From positions 1 to 51,738 of the IMG/VR virus record IMGVR_UViG_3300031628_000003: a stretch of DNA of 51,738 bases. One strand, 5' to 3'. Origin of the DNA: a virus. Its lineage: Duplodnaviria; Caudoviricetes. The position numbers and the translations under genes are program-made. Under the pieces are notes generated by a model. That model made no database searches and was not told the DNA's origin. It worked only from the letters and a program-made list of their open reading frames with translations. This document shows, one piece after another, positions 26,772-36,277 of this stretch (positions are counted from its first letter, which is position 1; each line of letters opens with the position of its first letter).

Positions 26772-28546
26772 TACTTACCTCCGAGTTCTTTCATACCCGT
26801 AAGCTGTGCAATAGCTGACTGAGGTGTGGCATTAGCGCCTTTACCACCAGCAGGAGCTTTAGAAGCTGGGTTTTGTGTAGGTGCTCCAATCATAGAGCCA
26901 CTAGCAGTAGTAACAGGCTGTCCATTACTGGAAAGAACAGTACCTACTGGTGGTGCAGGGTTAACAGGGCCTGTGTAGTTAACAACTAGCCTTCCATTCT
27001 GATCATAATGATAACCTTGTCCACCCCTTTGAACTAAGTTAAGCTGACTTTGTTGCATCCTGCTTTGATCTTGAGCTATAGCAGCTGGCTCCCTTTCAGA
27101 AGCTTTAGCTGCTTGCTGCATCATAGATAACTGTTGTCCAGCTGCTGCTGCAATTAAACCCGGATCTACAGCCCCTTGTGTGTTCATCATGTTAAGCTGA
27201 TTTTGTTGCATTCGAGCTTGCTCCATCATCATCTTTTGTTGATTAGATGCTGCAAGTAAACCCGGATCTACAGTTCCTTGTGGGATTACCGCAGGGAATG
27301 GGAATACACCACCATTAGCAACACTAGGTATGTCGTTGTCAATTGTAGGTACAGGTATGTTATAAAGCTGACTTTGCTGCATTCTATTTTGTGCTACTTG
27401 TTGCATTAGTGCAGGGTCTATAACAGTGTTGGGGCCTATGTATTCACCAACAGTATCTACAGGCTCTCTGCCTACAATTACACCGTACTTTGAGGTAGGT
27501 GCTGGTTGGTTCCGCAAGGGAGTGTCAACCCTACCACCTTCAGGTAGTGTTTGTGTTTCATTTCGTTTCTTTATGAAAGCTTTAACCTGTGCTTGTGTTG
27601 CCATTTCATTCTCCGCGTTAGGTACAGTAGTCCCTTGTTCGGGTACTGGAATATCTTGTGTTGTTTTTGGTGGTACTTTTTGTTCTGGAAATTTACGAGT
27701 AGCTAGCAAATTGTCCACAAATCCTTCTACAGAATCTGTAACTGAATCAAAAGTATCACTAAAGATGTTTGACTCTGGAACCTTATCAGGAGTAATTCCA
27801 CTACCCATACCATTAAGCATTGCAGCGTCTTCTCTCTGATCATAGATTGACTTACTACGATCTTGCATCTTTTGTATAGTCTGGGGTTCTGCTGATCTTT
27901 TTAAAGCTGCAGCTCTCCAATCAAACCTTGGGATAAGACCTCTGTTTTTACCACTAATGCCCTTAGCTTTGTTGTATTCATTATGATTAATATGTTCAAC
28001 AGCAGCCTTACGAAAGTCACCGTTGTTTACGTGATCAACCCATTTCTGAGAGGTAACCACTCCAGTGTCCTCATTGGTGTTAGTCAAGTCACCACGATAA
28101 GCAGAGTCAACAAGAGCAAGCTGAACCTGAGGGTGTAGTCTTGCGTATTTAGGTACACGACTCTTAGCCTCATTGGTCTTTTCTGTCATAGCCCTAAGTG
28201 GTGAGGGGTCAGCAACATACTCAGCTGTAAGGCCTACGCCTGTGGTTAAGATACCTGAGCCATCTAAATAGAAGTTTGGATTGTACCCTTCTTCACCAGA
28301 AAGATGAGCAAGTAGATCTTTGTATTCCGATGTAACATCAGTGTAAACTTCAGCTGTTTTTAAAACTGCATCGGTTCCTCTCACTGTACCACTTGGGTCT
28401 AAGATTGGAACTTTACCTGCAGCTTCCATAGTGTCAAGTGCTGCTTTATTCTTAGCCCAAGTATCTTCATTAGATTTAACTTTACCTTTTCCAAACGTGG
28501 AATCAAGCCTAGTTTGCAAATCTTTAATTTGTGTAGCAGTTGCCAT
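26771..28546 (-). CDS. internal virion protein with T4-lysozyme-like muramidase domain and Gln-rich repeats
   Basis: EEGYNPNFYLDGSGILTTGVG gives E-x8-D-x5-T triad; QLALVDSAY; DPGL and RMQQSQL repeats. Confidence 0.75.
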   Translation of the reverse strand: MATATQIKDLQTRLDSTFGKGKVKSNEDTWAKNKAALDTMEAAGKVPILDPSGTVRGTDAVLKTAEVYTDVTSEYKDLLAHLSGEEGYNPNFYLDGSGILTTGVGLTAEYVADPSPLRAMTEKTNEAKSRVPKYARLHPQVQLALVDSAYRGDLTNTNEDTGVVTSQKWVDHVNNGDFRKAAVEHINHNEYNKAKGISGKNRGLIPRFDWRAAALKRSAEPQTIQKMQDRSKSIYDQREDAAMLNGMGSGITPDKVPESNIFSDTFDSVTDSVEGFVDNLLATRKFPEQKVPPKTTQDIPVPEQGTTVPNAENEMATQAQVKAFIKKRNETQTLPEGGRVDTPLRNQPAPTSKYGVIVGREPVDTVGEYIGPNTVIDPALMQQVAQNRMQQSQLYNIPVPTIDNDIPSVANGGVFPFPAVIPQGTVDPGLLAASNQQKMMMEQARMQQNQLNMMNTQGAVDPGLIAAAAGQQLSMMQQAAKASEREPAAIAQDQSRMQQSQLNLVQRGGQGYHYDQNGRLVVNYTGPVNPAPPVGTVLSSNGQPVTTASGSMIGAPTQNPASKAPAGGKGANATPQSAIAQLTGMKELGGK

Positions 28547-28556
28547 TATATTCTCC

Positions 28557-29057
28557 TTACTTGCCGCTAGCAGCTAACATTCCAGCACCTAGGACCAATG
28601 GGGCAAAAGGACCTGCCATTAAGGCTGCTGGTGCTAAACTTGCCATTGCTCCACCAGCTGTCGCTGCTACTGCAGGTGCTGCCGCTAACCCTGCGGTACC
28701 TGCTGCTGCTGCTACCGTAGGTGCTGCTAATGCTGAAGAACCTAGAATAGCTTGAGCTGCTCCCGGAGCTAATGCTCCACCTGTCAGTGCTGCAGATTGC
28801 GCCATACCAGCAGCTTGTACTCCACTTATAGCTGGAATAGCCGCTACAGGAGCTGCAGTTAAACCTGCCCACAGACCTTGAGCATCAGGACCAACTGCTG
28901 CATCTAAACCTTTTTGAGCAACACTTGGACCCAGTAATTCAGCAATTCCGGGCTTCTCCTGATAATCTGAGTTTGGCATAGGTAACCCAGTTAACTGAGG
29001 TGCTTTAGCCATCATACTTTGTTCTTGTTCTGCAAAGGGGGCAAATGGATTAGACAT
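28557..29057 (-). CDS. Ala/Gly-rich hydrophobic ejection protein
   Basis: 166 aa, strongly Ala-rich C-terminal half, Cys-free. Confidence 0.6.
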   Translation of the reverse strand: MSNPFAPFAEQEQSMMAKAPQLTGLPMPNSDYQEKPGIAELLGPSVAQKGLDAAVGPDAQGLWAGLTAAPVAAIPAISGVQAAGMAQSAALTGGALAPGAAQAILGSSALAAPTVAAAAGTAGLAAAPAVAATAGGAMASLAPAALMAGPFAPLVLGAGMLAASGK

Positions 29058-29851
29058 TACTTACCTCCTGTTTTATTAGTTGTACTTTCTTTAGGGGCTA
29101 TAGAGGAGAACAAACCAACTCGTTGTGCCATAGCAGTGTATTTAGAGTCTGCTAGTTTCTGATCATAACCCATTTCAGCTTGACCAACTTTACCAAGAGT
29201 CTCTGCATACTTACCAGAAGAGTTAAGTGCACTTCCCATTCTATTAAACTGACCTTGCTCTGCATTAACAGCATTACCTAAGTTAGTCATTTGCATTTCT
29301 TGTTGCTTTTGATCTATACCTGCAAACTTAGCTGCTAAATCATTTGTAATAGAAGCTTGGTTTAATGCTTGTCTGCCGCCACCTAGACCACCACGTGCAC
29401 CTGCCATACCTTGGGATGTACCAAGAGCACCTTGGGCTTGTTGTAAAGCACCTGCTCTCATACCTGAAAGGTCTACATCTTGTGCAGCACGATCTATAAG
29501 AGTTTGCTCTGAGCTTGTCATGCCAGTTCTTCCAGCAATATCTTGTTCATACTTATACTGATCACCAGCTACGCCTTTACCAGCTTGAATCGCTTTTATA
29601 AACTCTGGGTTCCTTTCAGCTACTCGACCTAGTTCATCGTTATCATACAACTCTTTAGACTCTGCAAGCATCTCTTGTATTTCTGGCTTGTACTCTGTAG
29701 CAAAGCCTGAAGAGGTTGTACTTGAAGAAGGTCCACCACCACAAAGGGTAAGGTCATCTTCACTCCAGTAAGTTACTTCACCTTTTTCCAGCACTTCTCC
29801 AGTTGATAAACTGAAAGTCATACCGTCATAAATCTTAATTAGTTTAGACAT
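29057..29851 (-). CDS. ejection/pilot protein
   Basis: start ATG29851 after AGGAGG (track 29896); leader then CGGGPSSSTTSS; Gln/Gly-rich GGLGGGRQAL region typical of pilot proteins. Confidence 0.6.
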   Translation of the reverse strand: MSKLIKIYDGMTFSLSTGEVLEKGEVTYWSEDDLTLCGGGPSSSTTSSGFATEYKPEIQEMLAESKELYDNDELGRVAERNPEFIKAIQAGKGVAGDQYKYEQDIAGRTGMTSSEQTLIDRAAQDVDLSGMRAGALQQAQGALGTSQGMAGARGGLGGGRQALNQASITNDLAAKFAGIDQKQQEMQMTNLGNAVNAEQGQFNRMGSALNSSGKYAETLGKVGQAEMGYDQKLADSKYTAMAQRVGLFSSIAPKESTTNKTGGK

Positions 29852-30293
29852 CAAAACCCTCCTTGAGGCTCTTTCGTATTGTTGTGTATCGTTCACTCCA
29901 ACCAGCTTTAATTAGTGGTTTGAGTAAGCCCCTTCTACCAGTGCATTCAACGCAATCTAGTTGTGGGTATTCCTTTAGTAGTTCAATAAAAACTTCAGTC
30001 CACTCAGTCATTTTACCATTAGATTTACCACCTACAGTAATGACATGGAGAGCTGTAAAATTGTTGTATTGTATGAATCTAGTAGATGCCCTTGCAATCC
30101 TTTCTTTACCATCATACACAGACCAAATGTGAAAGGCCTTTGGATCTGAAATACAAGCTGTAATTATCTGAGTTGAAGTCCACTCACCAGAACTATGCTC
30201 TAATGCTTTGTCAATCTCAGGTTTAATATCTGAGTATTGCTCAAGTATTTCTTCAGAAGTTAACATCTTTATAGTTATATCTTTGTTACTCAT
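29844..30293 (-). CDS. GNAT-fold virion assembly protein (T7 gp13-like), copy 2
   Basis: LHVITVGG...CDCVE-like segment LDCVECTGRRGLLKPL..GW; sits between tail and ejection genes. Confidence 0.55.
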   Translation of the reverse strand: MSNKDITIKMLTSEEILEQYSDIKPEIDKALEHSSGEWTSTQIITACISDPKAFHIWSVYDGKERIARASTRFIQYNNFTALHVITVGGKSNGKMTEWTEVFIELLKEYPQLDCVECTGRRGLLKPLIKAGWSERYTTIRKSLKEGFDV

Positions 30294-30724
30294 GTTGTTA
30301 GTTCCATAGCCATGACAGTGTGTATAACCTTGTACTCTTCATTATTAACACCTGTTAAACCCTTTAGCATTCTCGCCCAACCTTGGCGACCCCATTGGGT
30401 TATCCTAGTGCAATTATTGATCTTAGCAAAGTTCTCGAGAGTTGGGTGAAAGTGTTTCCACCCCTCTAGTCCAACACCTGCTATTCCAAGAATATGGAGA
30501 GAGTTAAAGGTAGGGTACTCGTCTATCCTTGTTATACAAACACAGACAAGCTCACTATCTAAATCAACTACCCAGCATTGGTATTGTAAGTTTATGCATT
30601 TCTGAGCTATGTCAAAAGCAGTAGACTCACCGTACCCTTTGTTTAAGAAATCATCTATCAATGGTGAAAGCTCTGCCCACCTGTTTAGTATTTCTTCTGG
30701 TAATAATAGTTTACCTTCCATCAC
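30290..30724 (-). CDS. GNAT-fold virion assembly protein (T7 gp13-like), copy 1
   Basis: LHILGIAG...FAKINNCTRITQWGRQGWARML. Confidence 0.6.
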   Translation of the reverse strand: MMEGKLLLPEEILNRWAELSPLIDDFLNKGYGESTAFDIAQKCINLQYQCWVVDLDSELVCVCITRIDEYPTFNSLHILGIAGVGLEGWKHFHPTLENFAKINNCTRITQWGRQGWARMLKGLTGVNNEEYKVIHTVMAMELTT

Positions 30725-30743
30725 GGCTTAGTCCTCCTAAAAA

Positions 30744-32726
30744 TTAGCCACACAGATATATACAAGCCACTAGCTTTTCTTCTGTGAGTGAAGTAAATGT
30801 TACATCTTCTCTTACTTTAGCTACAGTGTAAGACCTGACAATATCATCTGATTGTTTCATACCTTTACCTGCGGTACTTGATGTTACTATTAGATCACCT
30901 GCTTCTAAGTTACCAGCTTCACCTATCACGTTAATCTGGCCTTCACCTATAGAGTTCATAATAACACCATCATAAGTGTTCTTAACTGAATCCCATGCAC
31001 TTGTGTACACTATAACTTCTTCCTCTGTTTCTTCATCTATCTCCCTAGATACTACAAAAGCAGAAGGTGGATACGCATTAACAAGTAGTCCGTTGTTATG
31101 TACAAGCACACCTACAACTGCTTTTTGATTAGGAGAAGAAGATCGTACCACTTTAAATATAGTGTTAGAGATGTCAACTTTAGATATGCAAGAATGGTCA
31201 ATTACAATATCACCATAAGGTATTGAAGTTCCTGTGGGTATCAAGGCATCGTGAGACCCAGTGAAGGGTCCATAACCTGCACCATGCTCTGCATAAAAAG
31301 AATATGCATTAGCTGGCCCTACTAGTCCAGAGGTGTGTGTGACACTTGTGTGCTCGCCTCGTATACCATGTTGATGTACGTTGTTAGTTGCGTGTGTATT
31401 TGTTGCCCAAATAGCACAACCTGTACCTGCATTATATACTCTAACACCAGAAGCTAAACCATCAGCATTTCCAAAAACACCAACGTTACCAAAGTTTACA
31501 AAATCAACTGCTTGTAAGTACCCTTGAGAGTTAACTTCAACATTATAACCATTTAGCGTAGATCTTGCACCAGCTGCTGGAGTACCTATACCTATAGTTC
31601 CACCAGTTATTCCAACACCATCTATAAGAACTCCGCTAATAGTGCCACCATTTATTCTAGCAGCATTCAAAGTTCCTGTTGTTATATCTGTTGCATTTAT
31701 AGATCCAGTTGTAATCTTCCCACCATCAATAGTGGTAGTACCTGTGGTAAACACATCAGAAGCACTAGCAGCACCAAAGGTGGTAGCAGTTACTGCATCT
31801 ACACCTGTTACAATTAACTTACTAGTGCCAATGCTGTTAGCTTGTAGGTGGTTTGCAGTCAGTGAGCCGTCAACTATTACATCACCGTCAATCAGTTGAG
31901 AAGGTGCAACCCAAGTGTCTGCTCCGCTTACTCTTTTAAATTGACCTGAGATTTTACCGTTATCATACTGAATGACAACAACAGTTCCATACCCTAGTTC
32001 TTTTTGATTGCTAAAAGATAACCCTGTTTGAACAGAAGCTGCCTCAACTACATCAGTTATCCATTGAGAACTCCCAAGGGTTGGCTTACTGCCAGACTTT
32101 ATGTACTTAACAAAAGGAATACCAAGCTCGTCTGCTTGTGTTGGGTATATCTGCCAAGCAGTCCAAAGACCACCAACATAAAACCTTTCAGCAACCCAAA
32201 AAGAAGCTGACGGAGGGTTTTGACCAGCAGATAAAGGAGTCCACACAACACCTGCTCCCGGAATATCGGGGTTACCAATGTTAACTAGCCTAGCAGAAGA
32301 GTTGGCCCAATACCTTTCCATAAGTGTGCCTGTTGCTACTGACACATTAAACCATTCGTATGCTGTAGAAGAAGTAGAGGCAGTGGAGCTACCCCAGTAT
32401 AACCCTCTAAATGCTTTCTGAACACCAGCACTGTTAAACGGTTGATCTGAAAAACCAGTTATATCTGATTGACTAGAAGCTTTATTATCAGCCCCAATGT
32501 TAACTACATTGTCTGCGTATCTAATGTGTAAAACATCTGGTGCAATCTCCCAAACTCCACTTTTAAAAATCCAAAGGTTACCTGTAGTAGCGTTGTAATG
32601 CAGGTCACCTTCAGCATGGTTTCCGTTTTCAGGATCTTTATTTTCAAGTTTGCTTTTAGAGACTGAACCTTTTCTTTCAAGCAGTAGTAATCTTCTTTGT
32701 AATTCAGTTTCACTTATGACCGCCAT
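30744..32726 (-). CDS. tail fibre/spike with C-terminal intramolecular-chaperone-like domain
   Basis: IDGDVIVDGSLTA and IDGGKITTGSI beta-repeats; C-terminal FTGSH...NSIGEG...GNLEAGDLIVTS...GMKQSDD..YTVAK. Confidence 0.7.
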   Translation of the reverse strand: MAVISETELQRRLLLLERKGSVSKSKLENKDPENGNHAEGDLHYNATTGNLWIFKSGVWEIAPDVLHIRYADNVVNIGADNKASSQSDITGFSDQPFNSAGVQKAFRGLYWGSSTASTSSTAYEWFNVSVATGTLMERYWANSSARLVNIGNPDIPGAGVVWTPLSAGQNPPSASFWVAERFYVGGLWTAWQIYPTQADELGIPFVKYIKSGSKPTLGSSQWITDVVEAASVQTGLSFSNQKELGYGTVVVIQYDNGKISGQFKRVSGADTWVAPSQLIDGDVIVDGSLTANHLQANSIGTSKLIVTGVDAVTATTFGAASASDVFTTGTTTIDGGKITTGSINATDITTGTLNAARINGGTISGVLIDGVGITGGTIGIGTPAAGARSTLNGYNVEVNSQGYLQAVDFVNFGNVGVFGNADGLASGVRVYNAGTGCAIWATNTHATNNVHQHGIRGEHTSVTHTSGLVGPANAYSFYAEHGAGYGPFTGSHDALIPTGTSIPYGDIVIDHSCISKVDISNTIFKVVRSSSPNQKAVVGVLVHNNGLLVNAYPPSAFVVSREIDEETEEEVIVYTSAWDSVKNTYDGVIMNSIGEGQINVIGEAGNLEAGDLIVTSSTAGKGMKQSDDIVRSYTVAKVREDVTFTSLTEEKLVACIYLCG

Positions 32727-32728
32727 AG

Positions 32729-34306
32729 TTATCTCCTACTAGATATTTTTGCTCCAAACTGTAGAGTTGTTAGTTCTGGGTTTATAGCCCCTGACATAGT
32801 AACCCTTAAGTTCATAAATCTACCAGAGTATCTTGCATCTATCTTATAAGAATTTGCAGGATTGAATAACCTTTCATCAGCGTTAAACAAAGTATAAAGT
32901 GCAGAGTCTGCAAGTTTAGATGCAGAACCTACTACAGCAATCTTAAGTTGACCTTTAGTTTCTATTAAGATTTCATTAATTTCTTTTATACCTTCGTTAG
33001 ATTGGAACGAATCACTCTTACGTATAAACCAACCATCTGCTTCATACGAAGTAGAACTTAGTTCTTTTATAGTATTACCTTCAGCATTAGCTGCAAAGAT
33101 TTTTAATTCTCCATTCAGCTCTGATTCAAACAAATCACTTATGTCTGGTAAGGATCTAATGTGCACTTTCTTATCTGAATAGTTAAATACGAAAGCCCTA
33201 TCACATCCACCGTTACTTGTTAGTCCTGATTTAAAACAAAACCAAACTTCTTTATCCCTAGTCTGTTGGAATACAAAAGCCCTATCTTTAGATGAAGCCT
33301 GAACTAAATCAAACAATGTTTCTTGGAATAGTCCCTTTGCAATATCTTGTCGTTGAGATTGTCCATCATGTATGTATACACCATAGTTTCCAATAACTAA
33401 ATGTTGAGAGTTTCCTATGTTTGTGAAACACCTTGTAGAGTATATGCCATCATCTTCAAACATAGATGAAAAGCCAAGTATAAAGTTATCACCTGTTTCG
33501 TACACTTTAACAATAGAGTCGCTTTTGTAAGCTATAAACGAATCACCTAACTGACCACCATCAAGTATCTTTCCGGGAGTCTGTGTTAAGAATGCATCAC
33601 CTGCTGTGTTAGTGACTGAGGTTGACCACTCCGCACCTGCAAGAGAGTTAAGCCCTGTTATGTGGCTTGAGAAAGCAAAGTCTATTGGGAACTCTTCATC
33701 GTCTGCAGTTGAACTTGTACCTTTATCATTCAAGAAACTCATTGCCACTAGTCTATTTTTAAATGGTCTGATTATCCTTGCAATAGCTTTGTTATTGGTT
33801 CCTGCGTAAGTCATCCAATGAGGTAGATCAATCAAGCTTCCAGCAGTTGTTTCGTCAGCTGATATGTATTGAGGTGTACCAGTTCCGGGATTACATATAA
33901 GTAATCCATTAAATACAAACAATTGAGGTGGGTACGTATCATCTATTTCAAAGTTAGCATTTGCGTTTGCATTAGTTATCTCTGCATTAACTGAGGTCTG
34001 TGTGTTGTACACAAACACTCGTCCCTTAGTGCCTGTAGTAGAAGCTGTGTCTTTTAAAATGTATGCTATGTTTAAGTAACTAGAACCAGCAGGTGTCCAT
34101 TGGGACACTACAACTGCTTTAGAAGCTGGGTAGCCACTATCAACTGTGAATGAATCTGAAAAAGAGTTTACACCCTGAACAGATCCATCTTTGACTCTCA
34201 CATTAAGGCAGTCATTCCAAGCCCCTTGTGGTAGAGCATGTGCAGGTACGTCTGTGATAAGACCCACAGATGAGAAGTCTATCTCTGGGGTTATTGTAAA
34301 TGGCAT
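32729..34306 (-). CDS. tail tubular/nozzle (stabilisation) protein
   Basis: start ATG34306 after GGAGG; GLITDVPAHALP..W..CLNVR N-terminus; beta-rich; podovirus tail position. Confidence 0.65.
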   Translation of the reverse strand: MPFTITPEIDFSSVGLITDVPAHALPQGAWNDCLNVRVKDGSVQGVNSFSDSFTVDSGYPASKAVVVSQWTPAGSSYLNIAYILKDTASTTGTKGRVFVYNTQTSVNAEITNANANANFEIDDTYPPQLFVFNGLLICNPGTGTPQYISADETTAGSLIDLPHWMTYAGTNNKAIARIIRPFKNRLVAMSFLNDKGTSSTADDEEFPIDFAFSSHITGLNSLAGAEWSTSVTNTAGDAFLTQTPGKILDGGQLGDSFIAYKSDSIVKVYETGDNFILGFSSMFEDDGIYSTRCFTNIGNSQHLVIGNYGVYIHDGQSQRQDIAKGLFQETLFDLVQASSKDRAFVFQQTRDKEVWFCFKSGLTSNGGCDRAFVFNYSDKKVHIRSLPDISDLFESELNGELKIFAANAEGNTIKELSSTSYEADGWFIRKSDSFQSNEGIKEINEILIETKGQLKIAVVGSASKLADSALYTLFNADERLFNPANSYKIDARYSGRFMNLRVTMSGAINPELTTLQFGAKISSRR

Positions 34307-34320
34307 AGTGCCTCCTGTTT

Positions 34321-34590
34321 TTATAGATCTCTCATCATGAATGCTGCGCCTGTAACTAGACAAGCAATTAGTAACCTGACAAACCACTCATTAGTTCCAC
34401 TAGACTTAGATACTACAGCTAGTTTAACAGCATGTTCATCTATAGCTTGACTGTGTTTATTTAAACGATTATCTTGTGTGTTGTTGTGGAAGAGAAGACC
34501 ATCAATCTTTGTGTCTATCTCTACGAGTTTTACCATAGCTTCCGCTAGTCTGTCTAGCTTAGCCTCAAGTCTGTCAAATCGTGCATCCAT
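34321..34590 (-). CDS. coiled-coil membrane protein (holin/antiholin-like)
   Basis: N-terminal heptads, C-terminal TM helix; in lysis cluster. Confidence 0.5.
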   Translation of the reverse strand: MDARFDRLEAKLDRLAEAMVKLVEIDTKIDGLLFHNNTQDNRLNKHSQAIDEHAVKLAVVSKSSGTNEWFVRLLIACLVTGAAFMMRDL

Positions 34591-34614
34591 ATTGTAAAGT
34601 CCTTTATAGTGTGG

Positions 34615-35055
34615 CTACCTCATTCGTATCCTGTTGAATTGACCAGATATTAATTTAGTAAGTAAACCACGCATTCCAAACTTAACTACGTAAACACCTA
34701 AAACTAAATACTGATACCACTCTGGCATAGAAGCAAATGATTCAAAAGCTGCTGTGACTTCAGCCTGATACCCTATAAACGAAGCTGCTATAGGTATTAG
34801 TAATAGTGCAATCATAATTTCGTCTAGGAATGATTTGTCCATTTGTTGCATAGCCACAAGATCTAAATTAAACTCTTGTGTCTGTCCATTGTCTGCTAAT
34901 TTGTGTGCTGCTTTAGCACTGGCAACCTTAACATCTGCATCTGCTTCAATGCTGATTATAGCTGCTGCTGATTTTGCCCTTGCAACTTGGTTCTTACCTT
35001 CTAGATAAGTACTACCCAAGTTTGCAATGGGGTTGAGGAAGCTAAGCCACCCCAT
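34615..35055 (-). CDS. putative holin
   Basis: KSFLDE..TM..MPEWYQYL..TM..FGMR pattern of 3TM-type phage holins; next to endolysin. Confidence 0.65.
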   Translation of the reverse strand: MGWLSFLNPIANLGSTYLEGKNQVARAKSAAAIISIEADADVKVASAKAAHKLADNGQTQEFNLDLVAMQQMDKSFLDEIMIALLLIPIAASFIGYQAEVTAAFESFASMPEWYQYLVLGVYVVKFGMRGLLTKLISGQFNRIRMR

Positions 35056-35057
35056 GA

Positions 35058-35447
35058 TTAATCCTTAATCTCAAAGTGAGGATAATCTTGCCAAGATTTC
35101 CACAGTCCACCCCACTTTAACTCATAACCTAACTGAGCCGATGCCTGTAACATTGCTGTAGCTATCGTAGTTAAATGAGATTTATTCCACGAAGCCTTAC
35201 CATCAACATAAGCATACACATCAAGTGCTTTACCTGATTGGTGATATGACTTGTTATTAACACCATCACATTTAGAAACACCATCTGTAAACAGCTTGGC
35301 TTGATCCTGTTGGGTTCTTAAACCACCAGTAGATGGTATTCCAAAATCAATAGGAGATAGCTTAATAGCAACATCTGCAATATCAATAAGCCTATCATCC
35401 ACCCCACTTAAATTCATAATACTGTTATTACTTAATTGAAACCCCAT
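35058..35447 (-). CDS. endolysin, M15 L-Ala-D-Glu peptidase
   Basis: GLRT..Q..L..G.S, SYHQSGKALD, WGGLW..DYPHFE. Confidence 0.92.
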   Translation of the reverse strand: MGFQLSNNSIMNLSGVDDRLIDIADVAIKLSPIDFGIPSTGGLRTQQDQAKLFTDGVSKCDGVNNKSYHQSGKALDVYAYVDGKASWNKSHLTTIATAMLQASAQLGYELKWGGLWKSWQDYPHFEIKD

Positions 35448-35460
35448 GTATATTCCTCCT

Positions 35461-35553
35461 TTAACTTTTCTTAAGCTTACGCTCAGCGCATTGCCTACAG
35501 ACTTTTAAACCGGGCTTAACATCTCGAGATCCACATATTTTACATACTGTCAA
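35461..35553 (-). CDS. 30-aa Zn-ribbon microprotein
   Basis: TTG35553 after GAGG; (M)TVCKICGSRDVKPGLKVCRQCAERKLKKS; fills the gap exactly; not in the ORF track. Confidence 0.55.
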   Translation of the reverse strand: MTVCKICGSRDVKPGLKVCRQCAERKLKKS

Positions 35554-35558
35554 TTTAT

Positions 35559-35999
35559 TTAACCTCTCATGTATAGTGCAACACCAAACAAAGCTGCCAT
35601 TACTACTAACAAAGTTACCATTACTTGAATACCTAGTGTTACGTTTTCTTCTACTTTCTTTTGCCTAGCAGCTATTTTCTTTCTTTCTTCCAAAGCTGCT
35701 TCACGTTGGTCTCGGGTATACTGTGCTTTAAATTCTAAAAAGTCTACCCACCCATGTAGTCGTTGCTTATTAAGCATAAACTTAAGGTCTTCTTCTTGTC
35801 TGGCTAGCTGCTCTTTAGCTTGGAAAGCTTCAAGGACATTACCAGAACCACTAGCTACTTGCTTTTGTATTGATTTCTCAGCACCAAAGTATTTACCTAG
35901 TGCTGCACCTGCGTCTGCGATTTCTCTACCATTTGAGAGTGTAGTCTTTATAACTTTAAAGGCAGCGTTGGCTATCATTAATTCAGCTAACATATCCAT
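35559..35999 (-). CDS. hypothetical protein with C-terminal TM helix
   Basis: 146 aa; coiled coil plus hydrophobic C-terminus. Confidence 0.65.
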   Translation of the reverse strand: MDMLAELMIANAAFKVIKTTLSNGREIADAGAALGKYFGAEKSIQKQVASGSGNVLEAFQAKEQLARQEEDLKFMLNKQRLHGWVDFLEFKAQYTRDQREAALEERKKIAARQKKVEENVTLGIQVMVTLLVVMAALFGVALYMRG

Positions 36000-36169
36000 A
36001 TCCTCTTTGAGTAGAAATCACCTGCAGTTTCATACGGACCCTTAGGTGTCTGCACTGGCCTATACTCTTGTTGCTCCCTAAGTATCTTAGGCTCCCTGTC
36101 AGGAACAGATCCCTGAGGAGCTATCTCAGGGCTTAGGTGAACATAACCTAACCCTGTTATAGGTTCCAC
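35987..36169 (-). CDS. hypothetical protein
   Basis: GTG36169 directly after the preceding microprotein stop (track start 36238). Confidence 0.4.
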   Translation of the reverse strand: MEPITGLGYVHLSPEIAPQGSVPDREPKILREQQEYRPVQTPKGPYETAGDFYSKRIWIC

Positions 36170-36173
36170 AAAG

Positions 36174-36275
36174 TTATTTCTTTTTAGGCTTAGACACAGG
36201 TGTTGCTTTAGCTTTAGCTGCTGCCTTTTTGCCTGCATCTGTGTACGGGTACTTCTTACCTTTTACCATTGGCAT
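36174..36275 (-). CDS. small Lys-rich protein (33 aa)
   Basis: MPMVKGKKYPYTDAGKKAAAKAKATPVSKPKKK; AGGA SD; not in the ORF track. Confidence 0.7.
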   Translation of the reverse strand: MPMVKGKKYPYTDAGKKAAAKAKATPVSKPKKK

Positions 36276-36277
36276 AA

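Noticed and set aside
26771-29070. Shared C-terminal GGK/SGK on three ejection proteins as a packaging signal
   Set aside because: In two cases the codons are GGAGGTAAG-TAATG, i.e. the SD and coupled start of the next gene, which explains the motif
35548-35553. TTGACA on the minus strand as a -35 box
   Set aside because: No -10 box at a 16-18 nt spacing; it is the TTG-ACA start of the microprotein
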